Source: Nitrospirota bacterium
GTDB taxonomy: Bacteria > Nitrospirota > Thermodesulfovibrionia > Thermodesulfovibrionales > SM23-35
Assembly (NCBI GenBank): GCA_963796125.1
Contig: CAWCKM010000018.1
Span: 1,951-65,950 of the forward strand
Direction of reading: 5' to 3'
DNA length: 64,000 nucleotides
The position numbers were made by a program, and so were the translations under genes. Of the stretch, positions 1 through 8,871 are shown one piece after another. Position 1 is the first letter of the stretch; each line of letters begins with the position of its first letter. The notes below the pieces were generated by a model. That model saw only the letters and a list, made by a program, of their open reading frames with translations. It did no database searches and was not told where the DNA came from.

Positions 1-176
1 TTACCTAAAGAGTAAACCACTCATGAAGAATATAATCGCTATATCAATTTACATGTGTGATGTTGTATTGCAAGAGAAGATTTTAAAGACACTATGCAGG
101 AAGAAGTGGACGAGGGTTTTGGAAGCTGGTCGACGTTGATGTTTCTATGTGTACTTAATTAAACCCTTCTGAATAG

Positions 177-428
177 CTACTTTTCTTCGATTATTTCAAA
201 GCCGATTTGTGACAGAATATTTTTTGCGATAATATTGCTGATGTCGAGCAGGGAAAGGCCCCCACATTGCTTCCTCAGAGACAGATATAGAACCTGTATA
301 ACGGGATATTTTTCACCATTCACATTAACAAAGTAATGGCGACCTTTAATAGGCTGGACACCTGCCATTATCCTTTCAACTTCTTCCTTTGACAGTTGAC
401 ACTGTCTCCCGCTCAACATAAAGACCAT
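177..428 (-). CDS. hypothetical small protein (83 aa)
   Basis: Intact ORF in the track. I can assign no diagnostic motif. Confidence 0.3.
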   Translation of the reverse strand: MVFMLSGRQCQLSKEEVERIMAGVQPIKGRHYFVNVNGEKYPVIQVLYLSLRKQCGGLSLLDISNIIAKNILSQIGFEIIEEK

Positions 429-530
429 ACTTCGTCCCTCTTTTCCTTGAAAGTTATGGGCTGCAATACAATCTCTTGTACTAAAATTAAATATATACCC
501 ATTTTATCGAAAAAACTACAGCAATATTGC

Positions 531-3500
531 TCATCTCTCCACTACCTCTGATTCCACCTCCATCTCCTTACCATCCCTCATAAAAATGATACTGACTATA
601 TTGCCTGGTTTTAATGATTTAAGAACATCGGAAAGGTCTTTCAAGTTGTGAATGGCATCAGAGTTTATCCGGATGATTACATCACCTTCCCTCAATCCGC
701 TTTTCTCTGCAGGCGATCCAGGCATAACACCAGAAAGTCTGCACCCCTTTCCACTATAAGCAAAGTCAGGAATAATGCCAATACTGACTTTTCTCTCCTT
801 CTTTGAAGAAGACTCAGGTTGCTTTTCATAAATTATTGTAGGAGTTAAAGGTTCTTCTCGATTTGCAAGATATTCAATCATTTCCTTTGCTACGGTAGCA
901 ACTTTCAAGAGGCCCTGAGAATCTATCTTGTCTGCAGTGTCAGTTGGACGATGGTAATCAAGATTGGGACCGCTAAAAAGCTGTATTGCAGGGACACCTA
1001 TTTCTTTAAAACTGATGTTGTCACTTGAATCAAGGCCTTCAGGTACAGCCTCTGTTTCAACCCCTGTATCAGATGCGGCTCCTCTGAAGATATGCAGCCA
1101 TTCTTTTGCAGAACCTGCACCAAGAACAAGCAATTTTTTCTTTCCAAGGCGTCCCACTGTATCAAGGTTGATCATGCCTATACACTTTTTTGCAGGAAAT
1201 TGCTTTTCATTGGCTACATAATATTTTGAACCCTTTCTTCCTGCTTCTTCTCCGGTGAATGCCACAAAGACTAAAGTTCGGTCAGGCTTCAATTCCTTGC
1301 CAAGCACCCTTGCGAGTTCTATGAGTACTGCCACGCCGCTTGCATTATCATCAGCACCGGGATGGACCTTGCCCTTGTTCTCTTCTCTTCCATCTGGCCA
1401 TCCCGTGCCGATATGGTCATAATGTGCGCCGACCACTACACTCTGGTCAGAGTTTTCAGGCCTTCTCCCCGGTATCACCCCTATTACATTCTTCATCGTT
1501 ATATTCAGTTCAGGGTCTTTCCATTCCTGGAAAAAGCTTCCTTCAGTATCGCCGACTGGTGTGAGTCCTGCTTCCTGAAATTTCCCTGCAATGAACTCAG
1601 CAGCATGCTCAAGTTCCCCGGTACCCAACCCTCTCCCTTTAAGCTCATCACTTGAAAGAAATTTGATTGTCTCCATCATTCTTTCTTCTGAGAAAACAGT
1701 TGGAAGTATCGTCAGGGGTTCAGATCGATTCAGGGTACCCATTTCTCTGTATACTACTTTTCCATCCTTATCTGGTAAAATCGCAGTCATCGGTGAATGG
1801 AGTACCGGCCATCTACCCTTTATAATATTTACAGGCTCATCACCTTCGAATACAAGATAACTGTATTTATGATAATGGGGGAGTTTTCTGCCGAGACCAG
1901 GAAGGGCTTCAGCCAAATCAGAGGCAATAAACAGAATGGCCATGTCTTTGTTTCCTGGATTTTTCATGCTGAATACCACAGTATGCTTTTCTTTAGAGAT
2001 TTTATTCTTATTAATTTTCATAGAACTCTGGTCTATAGGCACATCATACTGAGATAAAATTGCCAGCGTTTCTTTCAGGAAACGGTTTTCCCATCCCAGA
2101 ACGGTAACAGCACAGTCTGAAGGAATTCTTTCGACCTCCTTGTCAAATTTCACCTCTGCTGTATCCGGACCTGAATTACTTAGCACCCTCGCGAACTCTT
2201 GATACGCCTTCAGCATTATCCCTTCTGCCACTGATGGAAGCACTATCAGCATCCTTTTTGCACCTAATGCCTGTGTCAGTGCAGGTGGGATCTCTTCCCT
2301 GTCAAGTCTGCGGAACAGATCAAACTCAGGGTCAACATCAATTCTCAAAGGTTTTGAAGGCAGATGAATTGTAAGTTCAAGGTGCTTTTCATTCATGACA
2401 GCTTTAGTTTGATAAGCCTGTTCCTTCCCTTCCATAGTCACCGCCACAGGAATTTTCAGATGATATGCCTCCTCTGACTGCACTTGCTCAATACTGGCCG
2501 TAAGAATATACTCATCTCCTTCCATTTTCGATCTGACATCAGATAACTTCAATTGCGGCGCACCTTGACGCGTTATCCATTGATCGGAAAAAACCTTCAA
2601 ATCTTTTCCTGAAACTTTTTCAAAACTCTTTCTGAGATCATTGAAAGAAGCAAACTGAAACTTCTTTTCCCTATAGAAATCCCGAAGTCCATCTATGAAA
2701 ACTTTGTCGGCAAGCTCCTGACGGAGCATGTGGAAAAACATAAGGGATTTACCATATCCTACTGCCTCAGAAGGAGAGCTATGGCGTGACCGGAATTCTG
2801 TGAGGGGAAAATCTTTTCCTGTTGTAACATAGTCAGCATACTTCTGGAGAGTCTCCTGGCGGTATTCCTTTGCATTTCCCTGCTGTTCCTTGATAAGGTG
2901 ATCGGATAAATATGCTGTGAGACCTTCAGACCAGTTTCCGGAACTGTAATCAGGATAAACACTGTTTCCCCACCAGTTATGGAGGATCTCATGAGGATAG
3001 GAAGAGTTGATAATGAAAGGAAAGCGGATAATCTTTGGCCCAAGGAGTGTAAAGGAAGGCATTCCTAATCCTGTCTCCCAGAAATTCTCCACAAGCGCAA
3101 ACTTCTTATAAGGATATTGTCCGATGAGTTTTTCATACATGGTGATATACTGCGCAGTTGCGTCAAGATATCTGTCAGCCAGTTCTTTCTCTGGTGAACG
3201 AAGGAATACCATGGCCTGTATATTCCCGGTAGATCGCATGTATTCAGTAAACTTTCCCGCTACAAGGTATATCTCATCCTGGTTTTCTGTTGATACCCAT
3301 CGCACTTGCATATTGTCTTCCCTGTAGTCATGGATTGTACGTTCTCCTTGACTGACTGCATCCCATCCCGAGGGAAGTTCCACATCAAGGTTAAAAGTCA
3401 CCATATGACCTTCAATCTTTGGATACCAGAGAGAATTTCCAGAAAGATATACTCCTTCCTTCGAAATGATGCCGGGTGTCATACGAAAACCCCGCGCCTG

Positions 3501-3863
3501 CTCGCTTCCATAAGGTTCTATGGAGTGATGAATCGTTCCGCTATACTTTATTTCAAATGTTTTCAGTCCGAAAGGATTTTTTACCGTGAATGATTCAATG
3601 GGAAATCCCCCTGCTGGCCCTCTTTCACGGGTAAGAATAATGCCGGGAGTCGTTGACGATGGCTCAAGTCCGGCATGAAGTGAAAAGCTGAGCACATCAG
3701 GAGAATTCCCGGGCACCGTTATCAAGTCCTCAGCAACAAGCCGCCCCTCCTCCGGATAGAGCTTTATTGATAATTCATGATGGATTACAGGTTTTTCTGC
3801 CGCTTTCAGAGGGACCGGGAAAGTTATAAGGATTATAAAAATGATAAAGAATATACGGTTCAT
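531..3863 (-). CDS. secreted multidomain peptidase: M1 (gluzincin) domain + M28 aminopeptidase domain + C-terminal PDZ
   Basis: 1110-aa ORF with an N-terminal signal-like hydrophobic segment. HEILHNWWGN...WSEGLTAY gives the HEXXH-X18-E motif. M28 metal-ligand blocks are present: GAHYDH, GADDNASG, FTGEEAG, NLDTVG, DYHRPTD. A PDZ-like GVMPGSPAEKSGLREGDVII lies at the C-terminus. Confidence 0.85.
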   Translation of the reverse strand: MNRIFFIIFIILITFPVPLKAAEKPVIHHELSIKLYPEEGRLVAEDLITVPGNSPDVLSFSLHAGLEPSSTTPGIILTRERGPAGGFPIESFTVKNPFGLKTFEIKYSGTIHHSIEPYGSEQARGFRMTPGIISKEGVYLSGNSLWYPKIEGHMVTFNLDVELPSGWDAVSQGERTIHDYREDNMQVRWVSTENQDEIYLVAGKFTEYMRSTGNIQAMVFLRSPEKELADRYLDATAQYITMYEKLIGQYPYKKFALVENFWETGLGMPSFTLLGPKIIRFPFIINSSYPHEILHNWWGNSVYPDYSSGNWSEGLTAYLSDHLIKEQQGNAKEYRQETLQKYADYVTTGKDFPLTEFRSRHSSPSEAVGYGKSLMFFHMLRQELADKVFIDGLRDFYREKKFQFASFNDLRKSFEKVSGKDLKVFSDQWITRQGAPQLKLSDVRSKMEGDEYILTASIEQVQSEEAYHLKIPVAVTMEGKEQAYQTKAVMNEKHLELTIHLPSKPLRIDVDPEFDLFRRLDREEIPPALTQALGAKRMLIVLPSVAEGIMLKAYQEFARVLSNSGPDTAEVKFDKEVERIPSDCAVTVLGWENRFLKETLAILSQYDVPIDQSSMKINKNKISKEKHTVVFSMKNPGNKDMAILFIASDLAEALPGLGRKLPHYHKYSYLVFEGDEPVNIIKGRWPVLHSPMTAILPDKDGKVVYREMGTLNRSEPLTILPTVFSEERMMETIKFLSSDELKGRGLGTGELEHAAEFIAGKFQEAGLTPVGDTEGSFFQEWKDPELNITMKNVIGVIPGRRPENSDQSVVVGAHYDHIGTGWPDGREENKGKVHPGADDNASGVAVLIELARVLGKELKPDRTLVFVAFTGEEAGRKGSKYYVANEKQFPAKKCIGMINLDTVGRLGKKKLLVLGAGSAKEWLHIFRGAASDTGVETEAVPEGLDSSDNISFKEIGVPAIQLFSGPNLDYHRPTDTADKIDSQGLLKVATVAKEMIEYLANREEPLTPTIIYEKQPESSSKKERKVSIGIIPDFAYSGKGCRLSGVMPGSPAEKSGLREGDVIIRINSDAIHNLKDLSDVLKSLKPGNIVSIIFMRDGKEMEVESEVVER

Positions 3864-3970
3864 AATTAATTAGTGATAATTTTCCGTAAATCCACGATAT
3901 ATTTCATACTCTTTCGTTAGTATCAATATTATCATGAAAAATGAACTGCTTACAAAAATGATTAATTTTC

Positions 3971-3999
3971 TTGACATATTCATTTTTAAGTGATAATTT
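3971..3999 (+). promoter_or_regulatory. putative sigma70-type promoter for the perR-rubrerythrin operon
   Basis: TTGACA (3971-3976), a 17-nt spacer, then TAATTT (3994-3999) with TG one nt upstream (extended -10). AGTGATAATT occurs twice (about 3871 and about 3989), resembling Fur/PerR-box half sites. Confidence 0.35.
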
Positions 4000-4023
4000 A
4001 ATTTAAATAATAATGATTCTAAA

Positions 4024-4464
4024 TTGTGTGGTGTCATGAAAAGATACAGGGACATAGGGTTGAAACTTACACCTCAACGGTTGGCAATACTGGATTACCT
4101 CGAAGGCAACAGAGAGCATCCCTCGGCAGAGGATATTTATCATGCTGTTTCAAAAAAGTTTCCTACCATGTCTTTCTCAACTGTATATAACACACTCGAC
4201 GCTCTAAAAAAGAAGGGAAATGTTCTTGAGCTTACAATCGATGCCAGTAAAAAACGGTTTGACCCGAACACTGCACCACATCACCATCTGATATGCATCG
4301 AATGCAAACGGATTGCAGACATTATGAATGTGTATGAACTCTCTTTGCCTGATGATGAAAAAACAAATTTCAGAGTAATCGGCAATCACATAGCATTTTA
4401 TGGCATCTGCCAGACGTGCGGAAAGAAAAAACCTCATTTAAAAAGGAGGGGGAAAAGCAAATGA
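4024..4464 (+). CDS. Fur-family transcriptional regulator (PerR-like)
   Basis: LTPQRLAILDYL...HPSAEDIY is a winged-helix motif. HHHLICIECKR and CQTCGKK give two CxxC pairs (structural Zn site). The likely true start is the ATG at 4036. Context: upstream of rubredoxin and rubrerythrin. Confidence 0.8.
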   Translation: MCGVMKRYRDIGLKLTPQRLAILDYLEGNREHPSAEDIYHAVSKKFPTMSFSTVYNTLDALKKKGNVLELTIDASKKRFDPNTAPHHHLICIECKRIADIMNVYELSLPDDEKTNFRVIGNHIAFYGICQTCGKKKPHLKRRGKSK

Positions 4465-4643
4465 GCGACCATGATTTTACATACAGTGTGAAAACTCCAT
4501 ATGGCATATTCGATATGCCGCTACGCAACCCCATAACATGTCCGATATGTGGATTTGAAATACAAATATGGACAGAAGACGAAGAAACGATCTGTTTCAT
4601 CTGCGGTTTTAAATTGTTCAAAAAAGAAACAACAATTCACTAA
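4461..4643 (+). CDS. small zinc-ribbon protein (60 aa)
   Basis: ATG at 4461 preceded by the RBS AAAGGAGGGGG. Carries CPICGF...CFICGF (CxxC x2). It is in frame with track ORF 4416..4643. Confidence 0.5.
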   Translation: MSDHDFTYSVKTPYGIFDMPLRNPITCPICGFEIQIWTEDEETICFICGFKLFKKETTIH

Positions 4644-4695
4644 CAGGTTTTTGCAGGAGCAGATATTATAAAGAATTAAGAAGGAGGAGGCCAAG

Positions 4696-4827
4696 ATGTG
4701 GATGTGCACCATGTGCGGTTTTGAGTATTATGAGGATATAGAGGGCACAAAGTTCGCAATGCTGCCTGTTGAGTGGAAGTGCCCGGTATGTGAGGCACCG
4801 AAAAGCGCATTCGAAAAAATACTATGA
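4696..4827 (+). CDS. short rubredoxin-like protein (43 aa)
   Basis: Absent from the ORF track because it is under 60 aa. RBS AAGGAGGAGG, then ATG 4696 and TGA 4825-4827. Sequence is MWMCTMCGFEYYEDIEGTKFAMLPVEWKCPVCEAPKSAFEKIL, with CxxCG...W.CPxC..PK as in rubredoxins. Confidence 0.7.
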   Translation: MWMCTMCGFEYYEDIEGTKFAMLPVEWKCPVCEAPKSAFEKIL

Positions 4828-4839
4828 GAGGAGGAGATT

Positions 4840-5334
4840 ATGACAAAGACTGAAAAGGATCTTCAGGATGCATTTGCAGGGGAATCACAGGCAAACAGAA
4901 AATATCTCGCCTTTGCTAAGAAAGCAGACCAGGAAGGCTATAAACAGATTGCAAAATTGTTCAGAGCTGTTGCTGAGGCAGAAACAGTCCATGCTCACAA
5001 CCATCTGAGAGAACTCTGTGGTATCAAGTCTACAAAAGAAAATCTCCTTGAGGCTATTAACGGTGAATCCTATGAATTTCAGAAAATGTATCCTCAGATG
5101 ATTGAAGATGCCAGAGCTGAGGATAAGAAAGGTGCTGAGAGAAGCTTCTCGTATGCAAATGAAGTAGAAAAAGTACATGCAGACTTGTATAAAAAGGCAT
5201 TAGAGAATCTCGGGAGTAATCCGGACATCGATTATTATGTATGCCAGGTCTGTGGGTATACAGCAGAAGGGGAAGCGCCGGATCAATGTCCTGTCTGTAA
5301 ATCAAAGAAACAGATGTTCAGGAAGATCGAATAA
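4840..5334 (+). CDS. rbr: rubrerythrin
   Basis: Ferritin-like diiron ExxH motifs (AEAETVHAH, EVEKVHAD) plus a C-terminal rubredoxin-like CQVCGY...CPVC. Confidence 0.9.
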   Translation: MTKTEKDLQDAFAGESQANRKYLAFAKKADQEGYKQIAKLFRAVAEAETVHAHNHLRELCGIKSTKENLLEAINGESYEFQKMYPQMIEDARAEDKKGAERSFSYANEVEKVHADLYKKALENLGSNPDIDYYVCQVCGYTAEGEAPDQCPVCKSKKQMFRKIE

Positions 5335-5370
5335 AGTACATTAGTTTTCAAAAAAGGTTATTCAGACAAT

Positions 5371-5404
5371 CTAAAGGCAGAGCCATTGCTGACCCTGCCT
5401 TTAG
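5371..5404. terminator. hairpin between convergent rbr and the BNR gene
   Basis: CTAAAGGCAG...CTGCCTTTAG forms a 10-bp stem. The T-tract is weak. Confidence 0.35.
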
Positions 5405-5452
5405 TTTCTACAGCCTAATTAAAAAAATATAAGGTTTTTCTTTTTATAACCT

Positions 5453-5992
5453 CTAATCCAAAACACCTTTCTTGAAATATATCTCAAAGTTCGGAGGAAA
5501 TGTTATGAAATTCTGCCAGACGACATAGATGTTTGAGCCATCCACTGCTATTGCTGGATACATAGAGCCAATTGCATCATTTGTGAGCCTCCTCGTTGTC
5601 CAGGTAGCCCCTCCGTCAACTGACTTCTTGAAATATATCTCATAGTTCCCCGGTGTGTCATCCTGCCAGACCACATAAATGTTTGAGCCATCCACTGCTA
5701 TTGCTGGATCCAGAGAGTAACTTGCATTGTTTGTGAGCCGCTTGTTCGTTTTCCAGGTAACTCCTCCGTCAACTGACCTCTTGAAATATATCTCATCGTT
5801 CAATAGGTCAGGTGTGTTATCCTGCCAGACCACATAGATGTTTGAGCCATCCACTGCTATGGCTGGATACTTAGAGTCACCGAGAGTGTTTGTGATCTGC
5901 TTGTTCGTTGTCCAGGTATCGCCATACGCCACGGCTGAAAAAAGTAGCAGAAATATCACAACTGTAATAAATATCTGTCTGAATCTTTTCAT
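5453..5992 (-). CDS. secreted BNR/Asp-box repeat protein
   Basis: Signal peptide present. Three tandem units of about 46-56 aa (YPAIAVDGSNIYVVWQD...SVDGG(V/A)TW), i.e. SxDxGxTW Asp-boxes. The DNA-level repeats recur at about 5513, 5654 and 5822. Confidence 0.75.
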   Translation of the reverse strand: MKRFRQIFITVVIFLLLFSAVAYGDTWTTNKQITNTLGDSKYPAIAVDGSNIYVVWQDNTPDLLNDEIYFKRSVDGGVTWKTNKRLTNNASYSLDPAIAVDGSNIYVVWQDDTPGNYEIYFKKSVDGGATWTTRRLTNDAIGSMYPAIAVDGSNIYVVWQNFITFPPNFEIYFKKGVLD

Positions 5993-6305
5993 CTCTTACC
6001 TCCTTTTTAAGACAGTCTGTATTTAGCCAACGCTACGGAAAGAAAACTTCTATGTTTTTATAATCTGACCATGATTATTCGTATGTCAAAAACCACCTAA
6101 GATAAAAATTTAGAACAGTTTTTTAGATTTTATAAATTATACATAATAAATAGTTAAAGTCTATAAGATTATTGCTTTTTAATTGGCCAAAATTGCTCTC
6201 TATGAAAAAAGATTTAAAGGAGAGATAAAAGGTACACTGTTTGTTGATTTTCTTTTAGGTCTTCTGTTGAGCAACAGATTTCAAAAAACTTGGCCTTAAC
6301 CCTTA

Positions 6306-7387
6306 CTACTCAATCCAGTCAGCGATAAAGATATCAGTTGCCCTGGGTTTCTGCGGGTTTCTGTTTGATGCAAAGACCAGTTTTTTCCCGTCAGGAGAAA
6401 ACATGGGGAAACTGTCAAAGACAGAATTATGTGTAATCCTTTCAAGTCCGGTACCATCAATATTGATTAGATAGAGTTCGAAATTATGGCCAAACCTTTT
6501 AATGTCTTCGTGCCAGTCATCCATGTTGCTTGAAAAAATAATGCGTTTTCCGTCAGGATGCCATGAAGGAGCCCAGTTTGTTGCACCATTACGGACAATC
6601 CTCATTTTGTTTTTCCCGTCTACATCCATAACCCAGAGGTCAAGGGGAACAGGAACTATATAATCGTTTTCCATGCAGTTACGCCACAGTGCATATTCCT
6701 CTTCTGTCTCCGGATACCAGGCACGCCAGACTATCTTGCTGCCATCAGGAGAAATCCATGGGCCACCATCATATCCAACCCTGTCTGTCAATCGCCTCAC
6801 ATTGGACCCGTCTGAATTCATAATATAGATATCAAAATCTCCTTCTCTTTGAGAGCCGAAGACAATCTGTTTCCCGTCAGATGATACAACCGGTTCAGCA
6901 TCGTACTTGGGATTATCGGTTATTTCTTTCATCTCAGACCCGTCAACATTAGCTATAAAGATGTCATAGGGATAGAGAGGCCATACATGGCCTATACCCT
7001 GAAAAGATTCCGGCGTCTTTGGTTTCAGTAGGACATTCCCCGGGAAAATGGTTTGTCGAAGCAAAGACGATTTTCTTACTATCAGGGAAAAAAGAAGGAG
7101 CAAGTATGGGCTCCGTGATCCGGGCTGACCATATGCTTGTCCGAACCATTTGTATTCATGATCCAGATCTTATCGCAGGCATACCCTTCGCGGTTCGACT
7201 GGTAGATCAGTTTAAGACCATCCCTGCTGAAGTATGCCTCACCGTTATCACCATCAAAGGTAAGCTGCGTAACGTTTTTCATATGGCGATCTACAAATTG
7301 GCTGTCCCTCTCGACCAACATATTTTTGCTGGCACATCCTGCAAGAACGAAAACAAAATAAACTGCAAAAATGGTTATTCTCATCAT
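6306..7387 (-). CDS. TolB-like / PD40 beta-propeller lipoprotein (frame-broken in this assembly)
   Basis: Lipobox MMRITIFAVYFVFVLAGC at 7387. Repeated S.DG..i.f motifs. The gene is split over track ORFs 7082..7387, 6964..7149 and 6306..7103. Confidence 0.7.
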
Positions 7388-7443
7388 TTTTGATATCTCT
7401 TTAAACTTACCTTAGGCAAGGATACAAATTTTTTCTTACGGTA

Positions 7444-7525
7444 TGTCACCCTGAACTTGGTTCAGGGTCTCTAAATCAATATATTTAAAAAGATGCTGAA
7501 ACACGTTCAGCATGACAGCATGACA
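7444..7525. repeat. TGTCA...TGACA double-hairpin miniature repeat
   Basis: TGTCAC-CCTGAACttggTTCAGGG ... GCTGAAcacgTTCAGC-ATGACA. Same layout as the copies at 14511 and 47769. Confidence 0.6.
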
Positions 7526-7549
7526 TCTGTAGAGCCACTTTACTATTAT

Positions 7550-8387
7550 CTACTCCACTATTTTCAGACTTATATCAACAGCTGATGAAGAATGTGTAAG
7601 GGCTCCGACAGAAATCAAATCTACACCTGTTTCAGCAACTTCTCTGACATTTTCGGGTTTCATATTTCCTGATGCTTCAAGGAGTGCTTTTCCTCCTGCA
7701 ATTTTTACAGCCTCTTTCATCTCCTGGAATAGTCATGTTATCAAGCATAATAATATCAACCCCTGCTGCGATTGCTTCTTTCAGTTCCCGGAGATTCTTA
7801 ACTTCTACTTCAATCCTCAAAAGATGGTGCCCCCCCTTCTTTGCCGCCTTTACTGCCTTTTGAATGCTCCCTGCAGCTTTAATATGGTTATCCTTTATAA
7901 GGATTCCATCAAAAAGTCCAAACCTGTGGTTGTATCCTCCACCTACTCTGACAGCATATTTTTCCATAAACCTCAGGCAGGGAGTTGTCTTCCTTGTGTC
8001 AACAATTTTTGCTTTTGAACCCTTTATCCTCTCCACGTATATGTTCGTAAGCGTTGCTATTCCTGAGAGCCGCTGAAGTATGTTGAGACTTACTCTCTCT
8101 CCCTTAAGTATGTTATAAGTCTTTCCCGATATCTCGGTAATAACATCGCCTTTTTTAACCCGTGTTCCATCACGATAGTAGATCTTCGACATGATGGATG
8201 AGTCAAGAAGTTGAAAAACCTCTAATGCAAAGGGAAGCCCTGCCAGAACAAAGCTCTCATTTGCAATAAAATGGGCCTTTGATTTATTTCCTTCAGGTAT
8301 CAGAAGGGATGTCGTAATATCTTCATACCCTATATCTTCCTGAAGAGCACTCTGAATAACATTGATTACATCCGGAGGGACGTCCAC
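7550..8387 (-). CDS. nadC: nicotinate-nucleotide diphosphorylase (quinolinate phosphoribosyltransferase)
   Basis: Contains GGGYNHRFGLFDGILIKDNH and IEVEV..L.EL.EA..AGVDIIMLDNM. One frame break near 7735. The C-terminal EMKEAVKIAGGKALLEASGNM...ISVGALTHS continues in another frame to a stop at 7550. Confidence 0.85.
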
Positions 8388-8388
8388 C

Positions 8389-8871
8389 CTATCTCCTTTT
8401 TAAGAGAGAAAGGAAGCCAAGTAATCCTCCAAAGGTTGCACCCAGGGCAAGGGCAGAACGCCAGTTAATAAGGGTTGTTATATTTCCTTCCACCTTATTC
8501 GCAATAACAAAGAGTGCTGATGTATTTTCTGCTTTCACATTTCGTGCTGCCAAAATACCCACTGCTGACCTGTTCACCTCGGTGTTTTCTTTTGAAATGG
8601 ACACAGGAGACAATGAAAACTGTACTGATACATTTTCACCCGCTGTAATGCCGCTTATACTCTGGTTAAGGCTGACATCATTTCCCCTGAGTATGACAGA
8701 GGCACCCTGTGTCACTTCCATTCTTTCAGCATCAATGCTGAATGCCGCTACCTGCTGAAGCTCGACATGTCCTCCTTCAACTGACCTTATAGTGCTCTGT
8801 TTTATATTGATAAACTCGCCCTCAATGCTTTCAAGATCACTTTTTTCAAGTTCTCTTTCTTCTTTCTCCAT
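8389..8871 (-). CDS. hypothetical protein with C-terminal transmembrane anchor
   Basis: 160-aa ORF with a hydrophobic C-terminus (ALALGATFGGLLGFLSLL). It is tightly packed between valS and nadC. Confidence 0.4.
   Translation of the reverse strand: MEKEERELEKSDLESIEGEFINIKQSTIRSVEGGHVELQQVAAFSIDAERMEVTQGASVILRGNDVSLNQSISGITAGENVSVQFSLSPVSISKENTEVNRSAVGILAARNVKAENTSALFVIANKVEGNITTLINWRSALALGATFGGLLGFLSLLKRR

Noticed and set aside
964-3593. Plus-strand ORFs nested antisense in the big peptidase gene (964.., 1340.., 1362.., 1591.., 1797.., 3124.., 3306..)
   Set aside because: They are shadow ORFs opposite a long, motif-rich CDS, with low-complexity translations. The same reasoning applies to antisense ORFs inside valS, the response regulator (11625..12197), guaB, pstA/pstC, rtcB and the transposases.
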